Positions 1 through 7,520 of a stretch of 32,000 nucleotides of DNA are shown piece by piece. Both the position numbers and the translations under genes were made by a program. Each line of letters begins with the position of its first letter. Within the stretch, counting starts at the first letter, position 1. The notes below the pieces were generated by a model. The model was given only the letters and a program-made list of their open reading frames with translations. It did not search any database and was not told the origin of the DNA. This DNA is from Microcystis aeruginosa NIES-843. Its GTDB lineage: Bacteria; Cyanobacteriota; Cyanobacteriia; Cyanobacteriales; Microcystaceae. Location: positions 3,900,001-3,932,000 of the forward strand of contig NC_010296.1 of assembly GCF_000010625.1 (NCBI RefSeq). Reading direction: 5' to 3'.

Positions 1-169
1 TCGGGAATTAACAGCGATCGGCGATCGAGCTTAAAATAAACAACAGGTGACTTTTTTGTAACTGGTTAGTTCTATCTTTAACCGAGACAAAAATAGGGGA
101 ACTTCGATAAGCTTTTCTCATCAAAACTACAAAAACCTTAGCTGGCAATGATCAATTCTTAGGAAATCT

Positions 170-1948
170 ATGAAAAAACTTTTATTGTTAACCCTATTCA
201 TTATCGGTCTAGGATTTGCTCTCTTTAACTTTACTGGATTAGCAAATCGGGGCGAATATCAATCAATTTTAATCGACTTTAAAGACGATATACCCGTCAG
301 CGTACTCGATGAGCAGTTAAATGCTATCAACAAAAAAGCGGGAAAACTCACCAGTTTAAATAGTATCTTTTCCATCGATGAACATCTTTACACCGTGGAA
401 GGAGATAGCAAACTCCTGAAAACTCTCCGCAATTCCGACCTAAAAAAATACACCGAATCGATCGAAGCCGATTATATTTATCATGCTTTTATCGCCCCCA
501 ATGACCCCGACTATAGCAAACAGTGGAACCTGAGGGGAATTAACATCGAACGCGCTTGGGAAGAAAATCACGGTGAAGGGATCACCGTCGCCGTTATTGA
601 TACAGGTGTATCAAAAGTTCCCGATCTGCGAGAAACCGAGTTTGTCGAAGGCTACGACTTCGTCAACGATCGCAGCAATGCCGAGGACGATAACGGTCAC
701 GGAACCCATGTAGCGGGAACAATTGCCCAATCGACCAATAATAACTACGGGGTGGCCGGCATCGCCTACAAAGCCAAAATTATGCCCCTCAAGGTGCTTT
801 CCGGGACGGGTGGGGGAAGTGTGGGAGATATTGCCGAAGCGATCCGTTTTGCCGTCGATAATAAAGCCGATGTCATCAATATGAGTTTAGGGGGTGGAGG
901 TGAAACCCAAGTAATGAAAGAGGCGATCGAATATGCCTATAGTAAAGGTGTGGTAATCGTCGCCGCTGCCGGTAATGCCGATGATAATTCCGCCGCCTAT
1001 CCCGCCCGTTTTCCGCACGTTATCGGCGTTTCTGCGGTAGATGCCTCCGGAAATAAAGCCCCCTATTCTAATTTCGGGGCCGGAATCGATATTGCTGCCC
1101 CAGGCGGCTCCGATACGGGTAAAATTGTCCAAGAAACCATCGATCCGGCTAAGGGGGGGGAACCGGCGTTCCTCGGTTTTCAGGGAACCAGCATGGCTGC
1201 CCCTCACGTTGCCGGGGTGGTAGCTTTAATCAAGGCTGCGGGAATTAAAGAACCCAATGCAGTTTTAGAGGTTTTGCAACAGTCGGCCCGTAAGATCAAG
1301 GATGATCCCTTTAATCATTTTGGGGCCGGACAATTAGACGCAGGCAATGCCCTACAATTGGCCCTGAAAGGACAGATTACTTTCCGGGATTTTTGGCGTT
1401 GGTTGCGCGATAACGGTTATCTCAATCCCCGTTTCTGGATTGATGGCGGCGCGGTGGCGGTTTTGCCCAAAATGGCTATGGTTTTGGGTTCTTATCTTCT
1501 TGCTTGGTGGCTGAGAAGTTATTTTCCCTTCTCTTGGAACGGATTTTTGAATGCTGGTCTAATTTTTGGCAGTTCTGGCTTATTTTTCCTCAGAGGTCTT
1601 TATATCTTCGATTTACCCCAATGGCCTTTCCGAGTGATGGGCAGTTCTCTTTCCGACCTAGGAGGTGTTATTCAGGGAAGTTCTGCCCTTAATCCGCTTT
1701 TTGCTAGTGTTATCCTGCCCTTTGTCCTGATTGCGCTGCTTTTGGGTCATCCCCAAGCAAAATGGTTAGCGGTGGGGGTATCTTTAGCCATGGCGGTGAC
1801 TTTAGGTATCAGTGCTGTTATCCATCCTACTCTGATCTGGTTAGGTTCTGGTACGATCGCTCGGACATTTTTGGGCGTAAATGCGCTTTTATGTCTCGGT
1901 TTAGGTTATTTAGCCCTAAAAAGTGCTACTTCATCCCGATACGCTTAA
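170..1948 (+). CDS. S8 (subtilisin-family) serine peptidase with N-terminal signal/anchor and C-terminal polytopic membrane domain
   Basis: 592-aa ORF. Catalytic triad motifs VAVIDTGV (Asp), HGTHVAGT (His), GTSMAAPHVAG (Ser). Hydrophobic N-terminus MKKLLLLTLFIIGLGF. The last ~170 aa form several hydrophobic helices. AGGA lies 7 nt upstream of the ATG. Confidence 0.9.
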   Translation: MKKLLLLTLFIIGLGFALFNFTGLANRGEYQSILIDFKDDIPVSVLDEQLNAINKKAGKLTSLNSIFSIDEHLYTVEGDSKLLKTLRNSDLKKYTESIEADYIYHAFIAPNDPDYSKQWNLRGINIERAWEENHGEGITVAVIDTGVSKVPDLRETEFVEGYDFVNDRSNAEDDNGHGTHVAGTIAQSTNNNYGVAGIAYKAKIMPLKVLSGTGGGSVGDIAEAIRFAVDNKADVINMSLGGGGETQVMKEAIEYAYSKGVVIVAAAGNADDNSAAYPARFPHVIGVSAVDASGNKAPYSNFGAGIDIAAPGGSDTGKIVQETIDPAKGGEPAFLGFQGTSMAAPHVAGVVALIKAAGIKEPNAVLEVLQQSARKIKDDPFNHFGAGQLDAGNALQLALKGQITFRDFWRWLRDNGYLNPRFWIDGGAVAVLPKMAMVLGSYLLAWWLRSYFPFSWNGFLNAGLIFGSSGLFFLRGLYIFDLPQWPFRVMGSSLSDLGGVIQGSSALNPLFASVILPFVLIALLLGHPQAKWLAVGVSLAMAVTLGISAVIHPTLIWLGSGTIARTFLGVNALLCLGLGYLALKSATSSRYA

Positions 1949-2049
1949 ACAGGGGTTACAATGGGACAATAAGGGTGATTTACCGATAAAAACCTCTTTG
2001 GTTTTGGTATCTTCCTTTTGTTTTGCATTGAGTTCTCCTACAACAGCAG

Positions 2050-2075
2050 CCTCGGACATTAACCGAGGTTTTTTC
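2050..2075 (+). terminator. Rho-independent terminator downstream of the S8 peptidase gene
   Basis: CCTCGG-acattaa-CCGAGG stem-loop followed by TTTTTT. Confidence 0.6.
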
Positions 2076-2189
2076 TTTATGGTGTATGTTAGTTTCTAAG
2101 GGTTTTTTGGGAATCCCCAATCCCTATCCCGAAAGTTTCCCCCAATACCCCCTCGAATCATCGAGTTTATCTATTGTCTCTTTTCTAAG

Positions 2190-2747
2190 GTGTCTATCGT
2201 GTCAAATCATAAAATTCTCGTTATCGATGACAGTAAAGTGATCAGGATGCACGTTCGCGATATGTTACCAGAGGGTAACTTTGAATTTCTCGAAGCTAAA
2301 GACGGATTAGAGGGTTATAATCTCATCCGTACCGAAAACCCGAATTTGATTATTTTGGACTTCCTTCTCCCGAAAATGAGCGGTTGGGAGGTGTTTCAGC
2401 AAATCCAAACCGAAGATAATCTCAAAAGTATCCCCCTAGTGTTAATGTCGGGACGGAAAGAGGAGGTAGTAGAGAAAATCCCCGAACCTTTCCAGCATTT
2501 TGCCTTTATTGAGAAGCCTTTCGACCAAAAACAATTGGTACAAGCGATTAAAGAAGCGAGGGCTAAGGCCAAACAATATTCCCCCAAACCAACAGTTTTT
2601 AGCCCGAAACTAGAGGAACTCACCGGGGATTATAGCACCGATATTCAGACTCTCCGGACCCAAATTGCCCAAATGCAAACAGAAATGGAAACTATGAAGA
2701 AACAAATGTCTCAATTAGTGGCTTTTATTAAGAAAAAACTGGCCTAG
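2190..2747 (+). CDS. CheY-like response regulator receiver protein with C-terminal coiled-coil tail (no DNA-binding domain)
   Basis: KILVIDDS acidic pocket, ILDFLLPKMSG phospho-acceptor Asp, LMSG, and KPF Lys motifs. C-terminal heptad-like QTLRTQIAQMQTEMETMKKQMSQL. The start could be GTG 2190 or GTG 2199. Confidence 0.85.
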   Translation: MSIVSNHKILVIDDSKVIRMHVRDMLPEGNFEFLEAKDGLEGYNLIRTENPNLIILDFLLPKMSGWEVFQQIQTEDNLKSIPLVLMSGRKEEVVEKIPEPFQHFAFIEKPFDQKQLVQAIKEARAKAKQYSPKPTVFSPKLEELTGDYSTDIQTLRTQIAQMQTEMETMKKQMSQLVAFIKKKLA

Positions 2748-3181
2748 AACTATTCAGCCCGATTTTTGATGACTTGGGCCAGCAGTTATCCTTATCTGGC
2801 GGTGCCAATCTCTGGCTAATCTCCTATCCCTTTTAAACAGGATTTAGGATAATATGAAGTAGTCTTTATTTGGTGAGTGACTAATACTAAATCCGTTGAG
2901 TATAGGCTACTTATAAGGATAGGCACTCATGCAAGAGGCACTCATGCAAAAAGAGGAATAGATAATCAGTCTTTAATAACCAGATTTAGTATTAATTCAC
3001 TGATAACTAGGGCTTGCTGAATAATGGTAAAACCCTTTTAAAATAAGGCTTTTGACCTGTTAAAATCCGATGTTCATGCTGCGAAAATAGGATTGGGACA
3101 TTCAAAAACCTTGCATTATTCTTAATGCAGTACATAAGTTAGTACAAAAAGAAGGATAACAAAGCCTGAAACGACTGGCTA

Positions 3182-3204
3182 CTGACTCCTGACTCCTGAC
3201 TCCT
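3182..3204. repeat. Heptamer STRR array (CTGACTC)x3
   Basis: Perfect tandem heptamers read directly. Followed by the conserved tail CCCCACCAA..ACTTTTT..GCAAACCCTAACTA, which ends 3 nt before the ATG at 3245. Confidence 0.9.
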
Positions 3205-3244
3205 AACCCCACCAATAGACTTTTTAAGCAAACCCTAACTAATT

Positions 3245-4024
3245 ATGAATTGGCAAGAAATAGCAGGTAATTGGGTTTTTCTCCCCCGTCGTCCCCGGGG
3301 TATCATTCACTTTTTAGGGGGGGCATTTGTGGCGGCGGCCCCGAATATTACCTATCGTTGGTTATTAGAAAGTCTTGGGAATTCAGGATACGCTATTGTT
3401 GCTACTCCCTTTGTTAATACCCTCGATCATAAATCGATCGCCCGCACAGTTTTAAACCGTTTTGATAATATTATTGAACGTCTGCGCTGGAATCATAGTC
3501 TGCCCCAAGGTTATCTCCCCATCTACGGATTGGGTCACAGTATGGGGTGTAAACTACATTTATTAATCGGTAGTCTCTACGAAGTGGAACGGGCGGGAAA
3601 TATCCTCATTTCCTTTAATAATTATCCCATTCGTCGAGCTATTCCCTTTATCGAACCTTTGCAAATTGACACCACTTTTAACCTCGAATTTACCCCTTCC
3701 CCCGAAGAAACAAACGAGTTAATTTTCCAAGATTATGCCATTCGTCGCAATCTTTTAATCCGTTTTCAAGACGACACGATCGATCAATCTCTGGTATTAA
3801 ATCCCCTGCTAAAAAAACGCTTTAATGATTTAATTGCCCTGCGAACTCTCCCGGGCAATCATCTCACTCCCTTGAGTCAAGATGTCAGTTGGCAAACCGG
3901 AGAAGTATTTACTCCCCTCGATGCGATCGGCCAATGGTTAAAACAGGGACTTGCCCGGGATAATTCCCGTCTCAAAGATGAGATTCTCCACTGGTTAAAT
4001 CCCGTCCTTCCGGCCTCTCGTTAG
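3245..4024 (+). CDS. DUF1350-family protein (alpha/beta-hydrolase-like)
   Basis: 259-aa ORF. The N-terminus (WVFLPRRPRGIIHFLGGAFVAAAPNITYRWLLE) and a GHSMGCKLH nucleophile-elbow-like motif match my memory of cyanobacterial/plastid DUF1350 proteins. Confidence 0.7.
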   Translation: MNWQEIAGNWVFLPRRPRGIIHFLGGAFVAAAPNITYRWLLESLGNSGYAIVATPFVNTLDHKSIARTVLNRFDNIIERLRWNHSLPQGYLPIYGLGHSMGCKLHLLIGSLYEVERAGNILISFNNYPIRRAIPFIEPLQIDTTFNLEFTPSPEETNELIFQDYAIRRNLLIRFQDDTIDQSLVLNPLLKKRFNDLIALRTLPGNHLTPLSQDVSWQTGEVFTPLDAIGQWLKQGLARDNSRLKDEILHWLNPVLPASR

Positions 4025-4713
4025 CTTTCCTCTAGATTAATCCCCATTGCCCGTAATTGCGCCTCTATGCGGGCTAATTTTGCCTCAGCCAATTCGGCCC
4101 GTTGACGTTCCTGTTGGGCTTGCTGTTCGGCTAATTCAGCCTTTTGCTTGATTTCTAGGGTGGTCAAAAACCGCGAGCCATCGGGATAAAAAATAGCTAA
4201 CTGGGGACTCTCCAGTTGAAAACGAATCTGTAGAAGCGGACTCTGCCAATTATCGATCGCAGCAATCATCTCCAAGTGATCACCCCTTCGCCACCAACCC
4301 TGTAGATAATTAGCATCGGGATCGTAGAGATAATATTCTTCTACGCCAAAACGCTGATAAAATTGCCATTTTCGGCGCATTTCCGCTTTAGTGTTGCCCG
4401 GAGAGAGAATTTCAAAGACTACCTGCGGCGCAATCTGGTTTTCTAACCATTGCTTATAGGAACCTCGATCGCCCTTGGGTCTGCCAAACACCACCATAGC
4501 ATCCGGTGCTTGACAGGTTTTATTATCCCCCTCGACCGGATACCACAACAGATCGCCGGCGATAAACACATTGTCATTCTCTGCGAATAAACATTCGAGA
4601 TTTTCCTTGATCGTCACGATCCAGCGAAACTGTTTGGTATTATCGGCCATCGGTTTACCATCACTATCGGGATAGATAATCTCCGACTCAGAGAAAGATA
4701 TCGCTTTTACCAT
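4021..4713 (-). CDS. Uma2-family (DUF820) putative restriction-endonuclease-like protein with C-terminal coiled coil
   Basis: 230-aa ORF. YPDSDGKPMADNT, APDAMVV, PQVVFEILSPGN and YLYDP motifs are typical of Uma2. The tail is AELAEQQAQQERQRAELAEAKLARIEAQL. Its stop overlaps the convergent DUF1350 stop (TTAG). Confidence 0.8.
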   Translation of the reverse strand: MVKAISFSESEIIYPDSDGKPMADNTKQFRWIVTIKENLECLFAENDNVFIAGDLLWYPVEGDNKTCQAPDAMVVFGRPKGDRGSYKQWLENQIAPQVVFEILSPGNTKAEMRRKWQFYQRFGVEEYYLYDPDANYLQGWWRRGDHLEMIAAIDNWQSPLLQIRFQLESPQLAIFYPDGSRFLTTLEIKQKAELAEQQAQQERQRAELAEAKLARIEAQLRAMGINLEES

Positions 4714-4751
4714 CGTTCTACTCCCTAGCGTACTAACTATTTAGTATAGCA

Positions 4752-6005
4752 TTAAATTCCCTGACGAAAGAGGGCAAAAGCAGAAGTATAACCGTGTAAA
4801 AAAGTGCGACCGCCCACTGGCCCGATTTCTCCATTGCCAAAGAAGCCAGCGAGGGGAACATTGGCGAAATAACGCTGAAAAAGACCCGAATCAAAGTCCG
4901 GTTTTTCGTAGAGATTTTCCCCGCGACCGAGACAGGAAAAGATCAAAGCTCCTAGTATATCTGAACTAGCGGGTTTTTCTTGGGGAAAAGCTTGCAAAAG
5001 TAATTCTAAATCTAGGGCGGAAGTCTCGGCATCGCGCAGGTGAAATTGTACCCGCTGCCCCGGACGAACCCGATCACCAATTGCGATCGCACCTTGGCGA
5101 GGATCTACTCCCAACACATTGCGAATTAAGAAATCCCCGGCCCGCAACTGCATTTTAAACTCATCCCTAGCAATACCGATAAAAAGGGAGTGTTGCGCTA
5201 ATTCTCGGTCTTTTTCCCTCAAGGAGGGGATTAAAGCCCGCAGTAGATTTAAAGGTGGTTGCGGGGTCCCATCGGCCCCTTTACCGGTCATGGAGATGAT
5301 AATATTGCGTTCTCCCTCACTCACCTGATAAATCGGTCCGATGGGACGACAACCCTGGGCGACGATAGTTTCGACGATAATATTGCCAGAAAGGGCGATT
5401 CCTACGGTTCCCTGACGATAGAGATAGGTATTACGGGGTTTTTGTTGATCGTGGTAGAATAGACCCCCAGAACGTTCGATCATGCCACCACTGACTAAAC
5501 CGCCGATTTTGGCCGAACTGGGGTAGGCAAAATCTAAACCCTCTAACAGATCATTGATGCGACTGGAAAAAGGATCGGCTAAAAGGATAAATTGGGGATT
5601 TTTGGCCGCTTCTACCCCTAATAATTCTGTCCAACTAGAGGGGGAACTGTCGAGATCGGGCATTTCCGCCGCTTCGATATAGAAAGGCTGTACTTCCACA
5701 TTGGGCAAATGGGCGACGGTGAGACTTAAAGCCGGACTCGCTTCGATTTCTCGCGCTTTTTCCCTGTCATCCATGCCGACAATCCCCGCCCCACCGCAGC
5801 CGATCAGGACAGGAACGGAGAGTTTATCCAAGATTAAGGGAACTAAACGGGGATAGTCGCTGGCATAGGCAGAAGAAATAAAAATTATGGCTAAATCTGC
5901 TGATCCAACCAATTTATCTTGCACTTTTTCCACTACCTCCGTCACCGCCGCTTCTAGGGAGGGACGGGTTGATAGGGCATTAATCCACTCGATGCGATCG
6001 CTCAT
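4752..6005 (-). CDS. FIST (N+C) domain sensory protein
   Basis: The ORF-track entry 4752..6140 is trimmed to internal Met46 (MSDRIEWINALSTRPSLEAAV), because the upstream 45 codons are antisense to an IS left end. The C-terminal GFFGNGEIGPVGGRTFLHGYTSAFALF is typical of FIST_C. Confidence 0.8.
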   Translation of the reverse strand: MSDRIEWINALSTRPSLEAAVTEVVEKVQDKLVGSADLAIIFISSAYASDYPRLVPLILDKLSVPVLIGCGGAGIVGMDDREKAREIEASPALSLTVAHLPNVEVQPFYIEAAEMPDLDSSPSSWTELLGVEAAKNPQFILLADPFSSRINDLLEGLDFAYPSSAKIGGLVSGGMIERSGGLFYHDQQKPRNTYLYRQGTVGIALSGNIIVETIVAQGCRPIGPIYQVSEGERNIIISMTGKGADGTPQPPLNLLRALIPSLREKDRELAQHSLFIGIARDEFKMQLRAGDFLIRNVLGVDPRQGAIAIGDRVRPGQRVQFHLRDAETSALDLELLLQAFPQEKPASSDILGALIFSCLGRGENLYEKPDFDSGLFQRYFANVPLAGFFGNGEIGPVGGRTFLHGYTSAFALFRQGI

Positions 6006-7328
6006 CGAAAATTTGGGTCTGAAACCCCGCCGTTTTACGGCGGCTTTACCGTTAAATACTAGCGCATTTAGACGATATATTCTAGAATGTGAGGCATGGA
6101 AAAAGCCTATTCGTTTCGATTTTACCCCACACCAACACAAGAGTCGCTATTGCGGCGCACATTGGGCTGTGTAAGATTAGTTTACAACAAAGCTCTCCAC
6201 GAACGAACACAAGCTTGGTACGAAAGACAAGAAAGAGTAGGCTACGCTCAAACTTCTTCAATGCTAACCGATTGGAAAAAGCAAGAAGAATTAGACTTTC
6301 TCAATGAAGTAAGCTGTGTACCTTTACAACAAGGGTTAAGACATTTACAAACAGCTTTTACTAATTTCTTTGCTGGTCGTACTAAGTATCCTAACTTTAA
6401 GAAAAAACATCAAGGAGGAAGTGCTGAATTTACTAAATCTGCTTTTAAATTCAAAGACAAACAAATCTATTTAGCTAAATGCACAGAACCCTTACCTATT
6501 CGATGGTCAAGACAAATACCAGAAAGCTGTGAACCAAGCACAGTAACAGTCAGATTACATCCCTCAGGACGTTGGCATATTTCAATTAGATTTGATGACC
6601 CAACGATTAAGCCATTACCAGTAACAGATAAAGCCATCGGAATTGACTTAGGAATTAGTAGCCTCGTGATTACCAGCGATGGCGATAAAGTGTCTAATCC
6701 CAAGCATTTTAACAAGCATTATCGGAGACTGCGAAAGGCCCAAAAAAGCCTTTCTAGAAAACAGAAAGGCTCAAAGAATCGAGAAAAGGCAAGAATCAAA
6801 GTAGCCAGAATTCACGCTCAAATCACGGATAGTAGAAAAGACCATTTACATAAGCTAACCACTCAATTAGTTCGTGAAAACCAAACGATTGTGGTTGAGA
6901 ATTTAGCCGTCAAGAATATGGTCAAAAACCCGAAATTATCTCAGGCAATATCTGACGTTAGCTGGGGAGAAATTACCCGACAATTAGCCTATAAATGCCG
7001 TTGGTATGGAAGAAATTACATCGAAATAGATAGATGGTTTCCTAGTTCTAAGCGGTGTAGTAATTGTGGGCATATTGCTGAGAAAATGCCGTTAAATGTT
7101 CGAGAATGGGACTGTCCGAACTGTGGGACTCACCATGACCGAGACATTAACGCCAGTAAAAATATTTTGGCCGCAGGGCTTGCGGTGTCAGTCTGTAGAG
7201 CGACCATAAGACCAGAACAGAGTAAATCTGTTAAGGCAGGTGCGAAAAATCCTTCGGGAAAGAAGCAGAAACCCAAATCGTGAGGTTTGGGAATCGCCGT
7301 CCGTTTTACGGCGGCGAGGATGTCAAGT
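6006..7328 (+). mobile_element. IS200/IS605-family TnpB-only element (IS1341-like), type 1, copy 1
   Basis: Boundaries come from where similarity to the inverted copy (11254..12574) starts and stops. LE hairpin CCGCCG-TTTTA-CGGCGG (6027..6043). RE hairpin TCGCCGTCCG-TTTTA-CGGCGGCGA, then the tip GAGGATGTCAAG. No tnpA. The right boundary is uncertain by about 5 nt. Confidence 0.85.
6096..7283 (+). CDS. tnpB: TnpB (RNA-guided endonuclease family, OrfB_IS605 + Zn ribbon), intact
   Basis: 395 aa. RuvC-like residues in IGIDLG, VVENL and HDRDINASKNI. Zn ribbon CSNCGH..CPNCG. 384/395 aa identical to the copy at 11297..12484. Confidence 0.92.
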   Translation: MEKAYSFRFYPTPTQESLLRRTLGCVRLVYNKALHERTQAWYERQERVGYAQTSSMLTDWKKQEELDFLNEVSCVPLQQGLRHLQTAFTNFFAGRTKYPNFKKKHQGGSAEFTKSAFKFKDKQIYLAKCTEPLPIRWSRQIPESCEPSTVTVRLHPSGRWHISIRFDDPTIKPLPVTDKAIGIDLGISSLVITSDGDKVSNPKHFNKHYRRLRKAQKSLSRKQKGSKNREKARIKVARIHAQITDSRKDHLHKLTTQLVRENQTIVVENLAVKNMVKNPKLSQAISDVSWGEITRQLAYKCRWYGRNYIEIDRWFPSSKRCSNCGHIAEKMPLNVREWDCPNCGTHHDRDINASKNILAAGLAVSVCRATIRPEQSKSVKAGAKNPSGKKQKPKS

Positions 7329-7348
7329 TTCTTGACCCCAAATTTGGT
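7170..7348 (+). ncRNA. Predicted omegaRNA (reRNA) of type-1 copy 1: scaffold over the tnpB 3' end and RE, plus a ~20-nt flank-derived guide
   Basis: Inferred from established TnpB biology. The RE hairpin and the conserved tip GAGGATGTCAA end at about 7328. The guide would be 7329..7348. The 5' end cannot be determined from sequence. Confidence 0.4.
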
Positions 7349-7520
7349 CTAAATGTTGACGCTCCCCGCTCTAAAGAGACGGGGATTCTTCGTTCATTGA
7401 GTCTCCGTTAGCAAGCAGGATTTCTCCAACCAACCAAGAGGGAATCTCTCCCCCCCCCCTTGCCCTACCCGACGTCGGGGGGGTTGGGGGGGGTTGCGTG
7501 CGCCCCACGCTACTTAATCC
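7335..7520 (-). ncRNA. Predicted omegaRNA of type-2 element (scaffold interrupted by a GC-rich palindromic insert)
   Basis: Hairpin CCCCG(T)CTC-TTTA-GAGCGGGG plus tip AGCGTCAAC. The guide would be the complement of 7335..7354. The 5' end is uncertain. Confidence 0.35.

Noticed and set aside
887-1989. Short ORFs overlapping the S8 peptidase gene (887..1207 -, 1041..1223 +, 1504..1692 +, 1762..1989 +)
   Set aside because: These are alternative-frame or antisense ORFs inside a strongly supported CDS. Their composition is low-complexity and no motifs are present.
2871-3003. Inverted repeat TGAGTGACTAATACTAAATC / GATTTAGTATTAATTCACTGA enclosing the duplicated GGCACTCATGCAA
   Set aside because: This is probably another small MITE or hairpin element. 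It has no second copy in the window and no coding or regulatory context that I can support, so it is recorded here only.
6006-6140. N-terminal 45-codon extension of the FIST ORF (ORF-track start 6140), and the equivalent extension of the ABC ATPase ORF (12440..12574)
   Set aside because: These codons are antisense to the IS left end and the first tnpB codons. Their peptide (M[CF]WCGVKS.RIGFFH..) resembles nothing. Both host proteins have normal N-termini at the internal Met. The open frames are noted in a finding but are not called as coding.
6467-6715. 82-aa antisense ORF inside tnpB, with a near-identical ORF at 11865..12113
   Set aside because: Its conservation simply reflects the 97% identity of the two IS copies. 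It has no start context and no recognisable motifs, and it lies fully antisense to a well-supported gene.
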